Shown: in pieces, positions 49,645 to 60,318 of the stretch
How positions within the stretch are numbered: the stretch's first letter is position 1
Layout: each line of letters begins with the position of its first letter
Assembly: GCA_032654565.1 (NCBI GenBank)
Contig: JAULAX010000014.1
Coordinates: 32,001 to 96,000 of the forward strand
Direction of reading: 5' to 3'
Length of the DNA: 64,000 nucleotides
Source of the DNA: Anaeromyxobacteraceae bacterium
GTDB lineage: Bacteria; Myxococcota; Myxococcia; Myxococcales; Anaeromyxobacteraceae
Translations under genes and position numbers: made by a program
The notes under the pieces: generated by a model
Told to the model about the DNA's origin: nothing
The model's input: only the letters and a program-made list of their open reading frames with translations
Database searches by the model: none

Positions 49645-50718
49645 GTGCTGCAGCGACTCCTCTCCCACGACCTGCCCCGCAGCCGCTGGCTGGGGGCCGC
49701 CCTGCTCCTGGTCCTGGCCGGGCTGGTGCTCACCCCGGCGCTCTTCCCCGGCAGCCGGGCCATGGGGGTGGCCGCCAAGCTGATGGTCTTCATCCTGCTG
49801 GTGGGGAGCTACGACCTCCTGCTCGGCTACACCGGCATCGTCAGCTTCGCCCACACCATGTTCTTCGGCATCGGGGCCTACGGCGTGGCCATCGCCAGCA
49901 CCCGGCTGGGCCCGGGCTGGACGGCGGTGGCGGTGGGGCTGGCCGGGGCCACCGCCCTGTCGCTGGTGCTCTCGGTGGTCATCGGCCTCTTCAGCCTGCG
50001 GGTGAAGGCCATCTTCTACGCCATGATCACGCTGGCGGTGGCCTCGGCCTTCCAGACCCTGGCCTCCCAGCTCTCCGAAGTCACCGGCGGCGAGGACGGC
50101 CTCACCTTCCGCAACCCCGCGGCGCTGAGCCCGTCGTTCCACCCGCTGGAGCAGCCGGTGCTGGGCGTGGCCGTGGACGGCAAGCTCCTCACCTACTACC
50201 TGCTCCTCGCGGTGGCGCTGGGGGGCTTCCTCCTGCTGCTGCGCATCGTCAACTCCCCGTTCGGCCGCGTCCTCCAGGCCATCCGCGAGAACGACTTCCG
50301 CGCCGAGGCTCTCGGCTACCGCACCGTGGTCTACCGCACCGTGGGCAACGTGCTGGCCGCCCTCCTCGCCACCCTGGCCGGCGCGCTGCTGGCGCTCTGG
50401 CTGCGCTACACCGGGCCGGACACCACGCTGGCCTTCGAGATCATGCTCGACATCCTGCTGGTGGTGGTCATCGGCGGCATGGGGACCATCTACGGCGCGG
50501 TGCTGGGGTCGGCGGTCTTCCTGCTGGCCCAGAACTACCTGCAGGACCTGCTCCGCGCCGGCGCCGGCGCCCTGGCCGGGGTCCCGGTGCTCTCCACGCT
50601 GGTCTCGCCCGACCGCTGGCTGCTCTGGATGGGGCTGCTCTTCGTGCTCTCGGTCCGCTACTTCCCCACCGGCCTGGTGGGCCGGCTGCGCGGCGCCGCC
50701 GGGGAGCGGACACCATGA
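49645..50718 (+). CDS. Liv-type ABC permease (LivM-like)
   Basis: LLGYTGIVSFAH, SPFGRVLQAIREN and PTGLVG. Confidence 0.9.
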   Translation: MLQRLLSHDLPRSRWLGAALLLVLAGLVLTPALFPGSRAMGVAAKLMVFILLVGSYDLLLGYTGIVSFAHTMFFGIGAYGVAIASTRLGPGWTAVAVGLAGATALSLVLSVVIGLFSLRVKAIFYAMITLAVASAFQTLASQLSEVTGGEDGLTFRNPAALSPSFHPLEQPVLGVAVDGKLLTYYLLLAVALGGFLLLLRIVNSPFGRVLQAIRENDFRAEALGYRTVVYRTVGNVLAALLATLAGALLALWLRYTGPDTTLAFEIMLDILLVVVIGGMGTIYGAVLGSAVFLLAQNYLQDLLRAGAGALAGVPVLSTLVSPDRWLLWMGLLFVLSVRYFPTGLVGRLRGAAGERTP

Positions 50719-51560
50719 GCGGCGGCCCGACCTCCTGCTACCTCGCCTGCCTGGGGCGCGAGCTCCACTACACCGAGTGGGGCGCCGGGCACCCCGAGAC
50801 GGTGGTGGCCTGGCACGGCCTGGCCCGCACCGGCCGCGACTTCGACGCGCTGGCCGCGCACCTGTCGCGGCGCTGGCGGGTGATCTGCCCGGACACCATC
50901 GGCCGGGGGCTCTCGCAGTGGAGCCCGGCCCCGGCCGATGAGTACCGCCTCCCCTTCTACGTGGCGCTGGCGGAGGCGCTGCTCGACGGCCTGGCCGTGG
51001 CCCGCTGCCACTGGGTCGGCACCTCCATGGGCGGCGCCGTCGGGCTGCTGGGGGCGGCCACCGCGCTGCGCGGGCGCATCCAGCGGCTGGTGCTCAACGA
51101 CCACGGACCCCAGCTGGCCGGCGCCGCCATCGCCCGCATCGGCGCCTACGCCGGGAGCCCGCCGGCCTTCGCCACCGTCGGCGAGCTGGAGCGCTACTTC
51201 CGCACCGTCTACGCCCCCTTCGGCTCGCTCGACGACGCCGAGTGGCGCCGGCTCACCGAGACCTCGCTGCGGCGGCTGCCCGACGGACGGGTGACGCCGC
51301 ACTACGACCCGGCCGTGGCCCGGCAGTTCCAGCACCACCCCGGCGAGTACGACCTGTGGGCGGCCTGGGACACCCTCGACCTCCCGGTGCTCTGCCTGCG
51401 CGGAGCCCAGAGCGACCTGCTGCTCCCCGAGACCGCGGCCCAGATGCAGGTCCGCGGGCCGCGGGCCCGGGTGGTCGAGCTCCCCGGCGTGGGGCACGCC
51501 CCGGCCCTGAACACCCCGGAGCAGCTGGCCCTGGTCGAAGGCTTCCTCGCCGGCACCTGA
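50715..51560 (+). CDS. Alpha/beta hydrolase (resembles 3-hydroxybutyrate-oligomer hydrolase family)
   Basis: HGLARTGRDFD, PDTIGRGLS, GTSMGG and GHAP. Confidence 0.82.
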   Translation: MSGGPTSCYLACLGRELHYTEWGAGHPETVVAWHGLARTGRDFDALAAHLSRRWRVICPDTIGRGLSQWSPAPADEYRLPFYVALAEALLDGLAVARCHWVGTSMGGAVGLLGAATALRGRIQRLVLNDHGPQLAGAAIARIGAYAGSPPAFATVGELERYFRTVYAPFGSLDDAEWRRLTETSLRRLPDGRVTPHYDPAVARQFQHHPGEYDLWAAWDTLDLPVLCLRGAQSDLLLPETAAQMQVRGPRARVVELPGVGHAPALNTPEQLALVEGFLAGT

Positions 51561-51650
51561 AGACCGACGCCCGTCTGGCGCCGCCTCCACCCTCGGTGGT
51601 AGGAGGATCCCTCCGGCACCAGCGCAGCGCCTCACTCCTGGGAGGGCTCC

Positions 51651-52541
51651 ATGCAGTCGAGCATCCTGACCGTGGTCTTCCTCCCCGTGGCCCTGGGCAT
51701 CATCATGCTCGGCCTGGGGCTCTCCCTGACCCTCGAGGACTTCAAGCGGGTGGTCCTCTACCCCAAGGCGGTGGTCCTCGGCCTGGCCTGCCAGATGCTG
51801 GTCCTGCCGGCCATCTGCTTCGGCCTGGCCAAGGCCTTCGCCCTCCCCCCCGAGCTGGCCGTCGGCCTGATGCTGCTGGCCGCCTCGCCGGGCGGCGCCA
51901 CCGCCAACCTCTTCAGCCACCTGGCCCGCGCCGACGTGGCGCTCAACATCACCCTCACCGCGGTCAACAGCGTGCTCTCGCTCTTCACCCTGCCCTTCAT
52001 CGTCAACTTCGCCCTGGTGGCCTTCGTCGGCGAGGGCAAGACCCTGCCCCTGCAGGTCGACAAGGTGCTGCAGGTCTTCGCCATCGTGCTCATCCCGGTC
52101 TCCATCGGCATGGTGGTCCACGCCCGGGCGCCCCACCTGGCCGCCAGGATGAACAAGCCGGTCCGCCTCATGTCGGCGCTCCTGCTGGTCATGGTGATCG
52201 CCGCCACCGTGCTCAAGGAGCGGGCCAACATCGTCGAGTTCTTCCGCCAGGTGGGGCTGGCGGCGCTGGCCTTCAACCTGGCCAGCATGGCCCTCGGCTA
52301 CCTGGCCCCGCTCATGCTCCGCCTGCCCCGGCGGCAGGCGGTGGCCATCGGCATGGAGATCGGCATCCACAACGGCACCCTGGCCATCGCCATCGCCTCC
52401 AGCCCCTTGCTGCTCAACAACTCCACCATGGCCATCCCGCCGGCCATCTACAGCCTGATCATGTTCTTCACCGCCGCCGCCTTCGGCTTCGCGGTCAGCC
52501 GTGGCAAGGCCGCACCGGCCCCGGCCCAGGCGCCGGCCTGA
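51651..52541 (+). CDS. Bile acid:sodium symporter family protein
   Basis: MLGLGLSL, PGGATAN and EIGIHN. Confidence 0.9.
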   Translation: MQSSILTVVFLPVALGIIMLGLGLSLTLEDFKRVVLYPKAVVLGLACQMLVLPAICFGLAKAFALPPELAVGLMLLAASPGGATANLFSHLARADVALNITLTAVNSVLSLFTLPFIVNFALVAFVGEGKTLPLQVDKVLQVFAIVLIPVSIGMVVHARAPHLAARMNKPVRLMSALLLVMVIAATVLKERANIVEFFRQVGLAALAFNLASMALGYLAPLMLRLPRRQAVAIGMEIGIHNGTLAIAIASSPLLLNNSTMAIPPAIYSLIMFFTAAAFGFAVSRGKAAPAPAQAPA

Positions 52542-52615
52542 GCGGGCCGGGCCGACCGCCCCGGCCGACGCCCGTGGCCTGACGCCGGGTGGTCCGGGCC
52601 GCGCCGATCCTCGCC

Positions 52616-53518
52616 ATGACCGCCCCGCACCACCGCCACCTGCCCGTCCACCCGGCGCTGCTGCTGGCGCTGGCGCAGCTTATCTGGGCCGGCAACTTCG
52701 TGCTCGGCCGCGCCGTCAGCGCCACCATCCCGCCGGTGGCCCTCTCCTTCTGGCGCTGGGCGCTGGCCCTGGTGGTGCTGCTCCCCTTCACCTTCGGTGA
52801 GCTTCGGGCCGGGTGGCCGCTGATCCGCCGCTCGCTCCCGGCGCTGGTGCCGCTCGGCATCCTCGGCGTCGGCAACTTCAGCACCCTGGTCTACATCGGC
52901 CTCGGCCAGACCACGGCCACCAACGCCGCGCTCCTCAACTCGGCCTGCCCGGCCTTCATCCTCGTCATCGGGCCGCTCCTCGGCGGCCCGCGCCCCGGCC
53001 GGCGCCAGGTGGCCGGCATCGCCCTCTCCCTCACCGGGGTGCTGGCCATCGTCACCCGCGGCGACCCGCAGACCCTGCTCGGGCTCACCTTCAACCGGGG
53101 CGACGCCTGGGTGCTGGCCGCGGTCCTCTCCTGGGCCTTCTACACCGTGCTGCTGGCCCGCCGCCCCACCGGGGTCCACCCCATGGCGCTGCTCACCGTG
53201 CTGGTGGTGATCGGCCTCGCCTGGATCACGCCGTTCTACGCCTGGGAGCTCTGGCGTGGGGCGCGCGTGACCTGGGACGTTTCGACGCTGGCCAGCCTCG
53301 GCTACGTCGGCGTGCTGGCGGCGGTGGTGGCCTACGTGGCCTGGAACCAGGGCGTGGCCGAGCTGGGCGCGGACCGCTCCGGCGCCTTCCTCCACCTGCT
53401 CCCGGCCTTCGCGGCGGTGCTGGCGGCGCTGCTGCTCGGTGAGGCCTTCCGCGCCTACCACGCCGCCGGTATCGCGCTGGTGCTGCTCGGCGTCCGGCTG
53501 GCCGGCCGCCGCACCTGA
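52616..53518 (+). CDS. DMT/EamA family transporter
   Basis: WAGNFV, TTATNA and GDAW; about 10 TM segments. Confidence 0.9.
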   Translation: MTAPHHRHLPVHPALLLALAQLIWAGNFVLGRAVSATIPPVALSFWRWALALVVLLPFTFGELRAGWPLIRRSLPALVPLGILGVGNFSTLVYIGLGQTTATNAALLNSACPAFILVIGPLLGGPRPGRRQVAGIALSLTGVLAIVTRGDPQTLLGLTFNRGDAWVLAAVLSWAFYTVLLARRPTGVHPMALLTVLVVIGLAWITPFYAWELWRGARVTWDVSTLASLGYVGVLAAVVAYVAWNQGVAELGADRSGAFLHLLPAFAAVLAALLLGEAFRAYHAAGIALVLLGVRLAGRRT

Positions 53519-53735
53519 GCGGGTGCGCGCCTGGGCACCTGGGCTGCCTCCCTGAGGCCGCTCCTGGGGTCGGCGTCGACCCTGGGTGACGCGGACCTTT
53601 GCGGCGCCCCGACCCCTCCGCGGAGCCTTCTTGGCCAAGAGGGCAGGAGCACTGGCAATCGCCCAGCCCGCCTTCGACGCGGCGGACGGTCGCGAAGTTG
53701 CAGCGGGGAGCCGGAACCCTAGGGGGGCTCCATCC

Positions 53736-55373
53736 ATGAATCGCGCACTCCGCCTCGCCACGCTCTCGTTCGCCGTCGCACTCGCCGCCTGCAGCGGCAA
53801 CGACCAGGCCCCGGTGGGGCTCTCGTACACCGCCAGCCCGGCCGTCTACACCGCGGGGTCGGCCATCACGCCCAACCAGCCCCGGGTCGGAGGCGGCGCC
53901 GTCACCTCGTTCAGCGTCTGGCCCGCCCTGCCGACCGGCTTGAGCATGTCGGTGACCACCGGCGTCATCGAGGGGACCCCCACGGCCGTCACCGCCGCCG
54001 CCGTCTACACCGTCACCGCGGCCAACTCCGGCGGCAACGCCTCGACCGGCCTGCTCATCACCGTGAGCCAGCCGCCGGCCCCGGTCATCGCCACCCAGCC
54101 GGTCACGCAGGTGGTGGCCCTCGACCAGGTGGTCACCTTCAGCGTCACCGCCACCGGCGCCGGCACCCTCACCTACCAGTGGCACCGCGACGGCGCCGCG
54201 CTGGCCGGCCAGGTGGGGGCCTCGGTCACCACCGACCCGGTCACCTACCTCGACGACGACGCCGAGTTCACCGTGGTGATCACCGACGGCTACGGCGGCG
54301 ACGTCACCAGCGCCGTCGCCAAGATCCGGCTGGAGGGATTCATCGCCGCCGCCTCGATGGCCACGCCGCGCCAGAACCAGGCCGCCTCGAAGCTGTCCAG
54401 CGGCGGCAAGGTGCTGGTCACCGGCGGCTTCTCCATCCACCCGCTGCAGGGCGCCGAGCTCTACGACCCGGCCACCGGCGCCTTCGCGGCCACCGGCAAC
54501 CTCACCGCGGCCCGGCAGAACCACACCTCGACGCTGCTCGGCAATGGCCAGGTGCTGCTGGTCGGCGGCCAGGGCGGCGTGGGCGGCGGCCTGGCGCTCG
54601 ACACCGCCGAGCTCTACAGCGCCGGGACGGAGGCCTTCGCCCCCACCACCGGCCTGATGGGCTCGCCGCGGGTCTTTCACACCGCCACCCTGCTGGGCGA
54701 CGGCACCGTGCTGATCACCGGCGGCCTCTGGAACACCGTGGCCCACTCGCTGGTCTCCTCGGCCGAGGTCTATGACCCGGCCACCAAGACGTTCCTCGCC
54801 GCCGGGTCGATGACCACCGGGCGGTACTGGCACACCGCCACGCTCCTCCCCGACGGGCAGGTGCTGATCGCCGGTGGCTACGGCGGCTCCGGCCTCCCGC
54901 TCGACAGCGCCGAGCTCTACGACCCGGCCACCGGGCTCTTCACCGCCACTGGCAACATGAACTCGCCGCGCTACGGCCAGACCGCGACGCTGCTGTCGGC
55001 CGACGGGCTGGTGCTGGTGGCGGGCGGCTACGGGGCCGGCGTGCTGGCCGGCGCCGAGCTCTACGAGCCGGCCTCGGGCACCTTCCAGACCACCACCGGC
55101 GCCCTCAACGTGGCCCGCCAGTTCCACACCGCCACGGCGCTCCCCAGCGGCAAGGTCCTCCTCGCCGGCGGCCTGACCGCCACCGAGGGGCTGGAAAGCG
55201 CCGAGCTGTACGACCCGGTCATCGGCACCTTCGCCGTCACCGACCCCATGGAGTTCGAGCGCGCCCACGGCACCGCCACGCTCCTCGACAGCGGCGAGGT
55301 GCTGGTGCTGGGCGGCTGGTCCATGAGCGACGCCGGCCTGGCCAGCGCCGAGCTCTTCGCAGGCGCCCCGTGA
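53736..55373 (+). CDS. Lipoprotein with Ig-like domains and 7 Kelch repeats
   Basis: LAAC lipobox; LPTGLS...GVIEGTPT Ig repeat; R..HTATLL.DG.VL..GG...AELYDP seven times. Confidence 0.88.
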   Translation: MNRALRLATLSFAVALAACSGNDQAPVGLSYTASPAVYTAGSAITPNQPRVGGGAVTSFSVWPALPTGLSMSVTTGVIEGTPTAVTAAAVYTVTAANSGGNASTGLLITVSQPPAPVIATQPVTQVVALDQVVTFSVTATGAGTLTYQWHRDGAALAGQVGASVTTDPVTYLDDDAEFTVVITDGYGGDVTSAVAKIRLEGFIAAASMATPRQNQAASKLSSGGKVLVTGGFSIHPLQGAELYDPATGAFAATGNLTAARQNHTSTLLGNGQVLLVGGQGGVGGGLALDTAELYSAGTEAFAPTTGLMGSPRVFHTATLLGDGTVLITGGLWNTVAHSLVSSAEVYDPATKTFLAAGSMTTGRYWHTATLLPDGQVLIAGGYGGSGLPLDSAELYDPATGLFTATGNMNSPRYGQTATLLSADGLVLVAGGYGAGVLAGAELYEPASGTFQTTTGALNVARQFHTATALPSGKVLLAGGLTATEGLESAELYDPVIGTFAVTDPMEFERAHGTATLLDSGEVLVLGGWSMSDAGLASAELFAGAP

Positions 55374-55453
55374 GCGGCGCCACCGGCCGGATCACCGGAC
55401 ACCGGGCCACATCCTCGCAGACCAGGCTTCGCTTCCTGAAGGGGGCACCACAC

Positions 55454-58400
55454 ATGCACCAGAGAACGCTTTCCGGTTTCGCGCGCTTCGCCGTCGCCGC
55501 CGTCACCCTGCTGTGCGGAGGCCTGTCGGCGTACGCCCAGGTGGGCGTGCCTGACTACTACGCCAAGCCCAACTACGCGGTGAGCAAGCTCCCCACCGCC
55601 TCCTGCCGCGACGCCCTCGGCGTGGTGATGGCCCCGGCCGTGCTCTGCTGGAAGGACAGCGAGTGCCCGGGCTTCCTCCCGCCGTTCGTGATCGGCGCCC
55701 AGACCTACCCCGGCGGCTCCACCTGCACCGGGCCGGTCGCCGCCGGCACCGGCATCCGCAAGTTCGTCGACACCCTGCCGGTGCTCTGCCCCCTGGGGGC
55801 CACGGACACCCTGGGCAAGTGCCTGCCGCTGGCGGTCCCGGACAAGCTCACCTTCCCCGGCAACGACTACTACGAGCTGGGCGTGAAGGAGTACTTCACC
55901 CGGTTCCACACCGACCTGCCCAACCCCGCCAAGCAGCGCGGCTTCCGGCAGATCAACTCCACCGACCCGGCCGTCAACCAGAACCAGTTCCTCGGACCCA
56001 TCATCGTCGGCCAGTCCTACCGCCCGGTCCGCATGAAGTTCGTCAACGAGCTGGGCATCGGCGCCGCCGGCGCCCTCAACCTCCCGGTCGACACCACCCT
56101 CCCCGGCGTCGGCGACGGCCCGGACGGGACCCGCTTCACCGAGAACCGGATCGCCATCCACCTGCACGGCGGCAACTCGCCGTGGATCAGCGACGGCACG
56201 CAGCACCAGTGGACGGTCCCGGCCGGCGAGGCCACCACCCTGAAGAAGGGCATGGCGGTGGCCTACGTCCCTGACATGTGGTTCGACTCGACCGGGAAGC
56301 TGCTCCCCGAGTGCGCCGGCCAGATGACCTGCGCCACCCCGGGCGCCTCGAACAACCCGGGCGACGGCATGCTCAGCTACTACTGGCCCAACGAGCAGAG
56401 CGGCCGGCTCATGTTCTACCATGACCATGCGTACGGCATCACCCGGCTCAACGTCATGGCCGGCGTGGCCGCCGGCTACCTGCTGGCCAACCCGTCGGAC
56501 GAGGACGCCCTGGCCGCCGCCGGCGTCCCCGGCACCCTCGGCTCCAACTTCTTCGGCGTCATCCCCGGCCCCACCGATCCCGCCGCCACCGACGCCGACC
56601 TGGCCCACCTCATCCCGCTGGTCATCCAGGACCGCACCTTCGTGCCGCCGTCGGCGCAGCTCTCCTTCTACGACTCGACCTGGGACCCGGCCAAGTGGGG
56701 CGGCGAGGACTCGGTCTGGCTGTCGCACGTCTACACGCCCAACCAGTGGCTGGGGAACCCCGACGGCACCGCCACCAACCCGTTCGGCCGCTGGGACTAC
56801 GGCCCGTTCTTCTGGCCTCCGCAGCAGAGCCTGACCTCGCTCGACGGCCTGCCGCGCCCGCTGACCGTCCCCTGCACCAGCACCGCGGCCATCGACCTGA
56901 CCCTGGACCCGGCCACCGGCCTCGCCAAGAACCCCACCGGCGCCACCGAGTGCCCCAGCACGCCCAACCCGTCGCTGACGCCCGAGTCGTTCCTCGACAC
57001 GCCCATCGTCAACGGCACTGCCTACCCGACGCTCACCGTCGACCCGACCCGCTACCGCTTCCAGGTCCTCAACGCCGCCAACGACCGCTACTGGAACCTC
57101 TCCTTCTTCGTGGCCGACCCCATCCAGTACGGGCCGCTCCCCAACACCGAAGTGAAGATGGTCAAGGCGTTGCCCGGCTACCTGCCCAACATCAGCTACA
57201 CCGGCCTGGGCGCGCCGCCGGAGATGTGCAGCCCACAGTCGGCGCTCAGCCAGGTGACCGGCCTGCCGGTCGGCCCCGACCTGCCCGTCACCTCCTGCAC
57301 GCCCTCCCGTTGGCCCACCGACGGCCGCGTCGGCGGCGCCCCGGACCCGACCTCGGTCGGCCCGCGCTGGATCCAGATCGGCACCGAGGCGGGCATCCTG
57401 CCGGCGGTGGCCGAGCTGGCCCCGCTGCCCGTCGTCTACGAGTTGAACAAGCGCAGCATCGTGGTCACCAACATCCTCGACCACAGCCTCTACCTCGGCC
57501 CGGCCGAGCGCGCCGACGTGGTGGTGGACTTCTCGGCCTACGCTGGGAAGACCCTGATCCTCTACAGCGACTCCCCGTCCCCGGTCCCGGCCGGCGACCC
57601 CAAGACCGACTACTTCACCTGGGGTCCTGACTTCTCCGAGAGCGGCGGGGCCCCGACGCCGCTGCCGGGTTACGGCCCCAACACCCGCACCATCATGCAG
57701 GTCACGGTGCGGGCCGCCATCACCGCCCCGGTCCCCGCGCCCCAGGCGGCGCCCCTCGACAATGCCGAGGTGGCCCGCATCGACGCCGCCCTCAAGGCCC
57801 GCTTCCCGGTCTCGCAGCTCAAGCCCATCGTGCCCGAGACCGTCTTCAGCGGCATGTACACCAACGGCGTGGACCCGACCCCGGTCACCATCACCGCCGA
57901 CACCCACCTGCCCATCAGCGTCCAGTCGCTGACCTTCATCCCGGTGGGCGCCTCCGCCCCGGTCACCATGCCCTTCCAGTGGAAGGCGCTGCACGAGCTC
58001 TTCAGCAACGACTACGGCCGGATGAACTCGCTGCTGGCGGTCGAGATCCCCATGACCAACTGGCTGGGGCAGACCACCATCCCGTACAGCAACGTCGACC
58101 CGGCCACCGAGTTCATCACCGACAACCAGCCGGCGCTCTGGAAGGTGACGCACAACGGCGTCGACACCCACGTCATCCACTTCCACCTGATGAACGTCCA
58201 GATCATCAACCGCGTCGGCTGGGACGGCCAGATCCGCGCCCCGGACGCCAACGAGCTGGGCTGGAAGGAGTCGGTGCGCATGAACCAGCTCGAGGACATC
58301 TACATCGCCCTCCAGCCGGTCAAGCAGAAGCTGCCCTGGCCGCTGCCCGACATGGTCCGGCCGCTCGACGTGGACCGGCCGCTCGGCACGCTCACCCAGT

Positions 58401-60109
58401 TCCTCGGCGTGGACATCTACAACAACCCCATCAACGTCACCAACCAGCTCTTCAACTTCGGGCAGGAGTACGTGTGGCACTGCCACCTCCTCGGTCACGA
58501 GGAGAACGACATGCTGCGCGCCGAGGTGTTCGTGGTGGCGCCGGAGGATCCGTCGGCGCTGGCCGGGTACCTGCGGATGTCGCCCAAGCTCCAGGCCGAC
58601 CTGACCTGGACCGACAACTCGGCGAGCGCCATGACCTTCACGCTGCAGCGTGACGTCAGCGCCAGCTTCACCGCCCCCACCTCGTTCGTGGTGCCGCGGC
58701 CCGCCAAGCAGCCCGGCCCGGTGGTCTACTCCGACAAGGGTCCGCTGGCCGCCAACACCACCTACTACTACCGGGTCCGCGCCGAGAAGGTGCTCTCCAG
58801 CATCGCCGTCCCCGGCGCCACCTGGCCCGAGTCCTCGGCCTGGAGCAACACCTTCGCGGCCATCCCCGCCCCCATCGCCCAGCTGCTCCCGGCGTCGACC
58901 ACCTTCGGCGTCCAGGTGGCCGGCACCACCAGCCAGGTCCGCAAGCTGACGCTCACCAACGTCGGCACCGCCACCATGACCATCGGCGCCACCTCCTTCA
59001 CCGGCGCCAACCTGGTCGACTTCGTGGTGGTCTCCAACAGCTGCGGCGTCACCCTGGCCGTGGGCGCCTCCTGCAACATCAACATCGCCTTCAAGCCGCT
59101 GACCGCGGGCCTGAAGTCGGCGTCCCTCACGGTGGTGACCAACTCGGCCATCAACCCGGTCCAGACGGTGGCCATCACCGCCACCGGCGTGGCCCCGCTG
59201 GCCTCGGTCAGCCCGACCTCGCTGGTCTTCGGCAACCAGGCCATCAGCACCACCAGCCTCGCCAAGACGGTGACCCTGGTCAACCGCGGCAGCTCCACGC
59301 TGCTCAACATCACCGTCACCACCACCGGCAACTTCGCCCGGACCTTCGCCGGGGTGAACAGCTGCGGCGGGTCGCTCGCCGTCGGCGCCAGTTGCAACAT
59401 CTACGTCACCTTCAGGCCGACCGCGGGCGGTCCGCGCACCGGCACCCTCTCCATCGCCAGCAGCGATCCTGCCTCGCCGATGGTGGTGACGCTCTCCGGC
59501 ACCGGCCTCTTCGCCGCCGCCACCGGCGTCACCCTGGCGGCCGCTCCGACCGTCTCCACGGCGGCCGGCACCACGGTGGTCTTCACCGCCAACGGCACCG
59601 GCGCCGGGGCTGGAGCCGTCTACTCCTACCGGTTCTGGCTCTTCGACGGCGCCACCTGGACCCTGGCCCAGGACTACAGCACCGCCGCGACCTGGACCTG
59701 GGCCATCCCGGTCGGGCAGCTCCCCGGGGCCTACACCGTCTCGGTGGACGTGCGGACCAACCCGAGCGTCATCCTCGACCGGACCACCTCGATCACCTAC
59801 ACGGTGGACCCGGTCGCCCCGGCCACCGGCGCCACGCTGGTCAGTGACCTGGCCAGCCCGCAGGCGGCCGGCACCGCCGTCGTCTTCACCGCCGCCGGCT
59901 CCGGCTCCACGGCGCCGTACCAGTACCAGTTCTGGTTCTTCGACGGCCTCACCTGGAGCATGGTCCAGGACTACAGCGCCGTGGCGACCTGGAACTGGAC
60001 CGCCACGACGCCGGCGCTGGGGACGTTCAACACGGTCCAGGTCTACGTGCGGACCAGCCCGTGGGTGACGTTCGACTTCATGCAGACACTGGACTTCACG
60101 GTCCCGTAG
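55454..60109 (+). CDS. Large secreted multicopper oxidase with FN3/Ig-like C-terminal domains
   Basis: HLHG, FYHDH, HVIHFH and WHCHLLGHEENDM copper sites; signal peptide; repeated C-terminal beta domains. Confidence 0.9.
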   Translation: MHQRTLSGFARFAVAAVTLLCGGLSAYAQVGVPDYYAKPNYAVSKLPTASCRDALGVVMAPAVLCWKDSECPGFLPPFVIGAQTYPGGSTCTGPVAAGTGIRKFVDTLPVLCPLGATDTLGKCLPLAVPDKLTFPGNDYYELGVKEYFTRFHTDLPNPAKQRGFRQINSTDPAVNQNQFLGPIIVGQSYRPVRMKFVNELGIGAAGALNLPVDTTLPGVGDGPDGTRFTENRIAIHLHGGNSPWISDGTQHQWTVPAGEATTLKKGMAVAYVPDMWFDSTGKLLPECAGQMTCATPGASNNPGDGMLSYYWPNEQSGRLMFYHDHAYGITRLNVMAGVAAGYLLANPSDEDALAAAGVPGTLGSNFFGVIPGPTDPAATDADLAHLIPLVIQDRTFVPPSAQLSFYDSTWDPAKWGGEDSVWLSHVYTPNQWLGNPDGTATNPFGRWDYGPFFWPPQQSLTSLDGLPRPLTVPCTSTAAIDLTLDPATGLAKNPTGATECPSTPNPSLTPESFLDTPIVNGTAYPTLTVDPTRYRFQVLNAANDRYWNLSFFVADPIQYGPLPNTEVKMVKALPGYLPNISYTGLGAPPEMCSPQSALSQVTGLPVGPDLPVTSCTPSRWPTDGRVGGAPDPTSVGPRWIQIGTEAGILPAVAELAPLPVVYELNKRSIVVTNILDHSLYLGPAERADVVVDFSAYAGKTLILYSDSPSPVPAGDPKTDYFTWGPDFSESGGAPTPLPGYGPNTRTIMQVTVRAAITAPVPAPQAAPLDNAEVARIDAALKARFPVSQLKPIVPETVFSGMYTNGVDPTPVTITADTHLPISVQSLTFIPVGASAPVTMPFQWKALHELFSNDYGRMNSLLAVEIPMTNWLGQTTIPYSNVDPATEFITDNQPALWKVTHNGVDTHVIHFHLMNVQIINRVGWDGQIRAPDANELGWKESVRMNQLEDIYIALQPVKQKLPWPLPDMVRPLDVDRPLGTLTQFLGVDIYNNPINVTNQLFNFGQEYVWHCHLLGHEENDMLRAEVFVVAPEDPSALAGYLRMSPKLQADLTWTDNSASAMTFTLQRDVSASFTAPTSFVVPRPAKQPGPVVYSDKGPLAANTTYYYRVRAEKVLSSIAVPGATWPESSAWSNTFAAIPAPIAQLLPASTTFGVQVAGTTSQVRKLTLTNVGTATMTIGATSFTGANLVDFVVVSNSCGVTLAVGASCNINIAFKPLTAGLKSASLTVVTNSAINPVQTVAITATGVAPLASVSPTSLVFGNQAISTTSLAKTVTLVNRGSSTLLNITVTTTGNFARTFAGVNSCGGSLAVGASCNIYVTFRPTAGGPRTGTLSIASSDPASPMVVTLSGTGLFAAATGVTLAAAPTVSTAAGTTVVFTANGTGAGAGAVYSYRFWLFDGATWTLAQDYSTAATWTWAIPVGQLPGAYTVSVDVRTNPSVILDRTTSITYTVDPVAPATGATLVSDLASPQAAGTAVVFTAAGSGSTAPYQYQFWFFDGLTWSMVQDYSAVATWNWTATTPALGTFNTVQVYVRTSPWVTFDFMQTLDFTVP

Positions 60110-60142
60110 GCCGGCTCGGCCCCAGGCCGAGTCTCGGAGCGG

Positions 60143-60174
60143 AGCAGGGGTTGCCCACGCGGGCAGCCCCTGCT
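60143..60174 (+). terminator. Stem-loop after the multicopper oxidase
   Basis: AGCAGGGGTTGCCC-ACGC-GGGCAGCCCCTGCT. Confidence 0.65.
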
Positions 60175-60318
60175 GCCGTTTTGGGGGGTCCCATCCCCCT
60201 CTCGGCGACTGCGCGCTGCGTCATGCAGTTTTTTCGCGAAACGCTTGCGAGCGGGTGTGGCGCTCTGCCATCGTGAACATTCCGTTTCTTCCTGCTCCGA
60301 CGGGGACCCCCGATCTCC

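Noticed and set aside
53600..53735. Possible c-di-GMP/GEMM riboswitch upstream of the Kelch-oxidase pair
   Set aside because: Hairpins exist (GGAGCC...GGCTCC covers the RBS) but the GGCAAA/GAAA/CGCAAAGC consensus is not met; a cmscan would be needed
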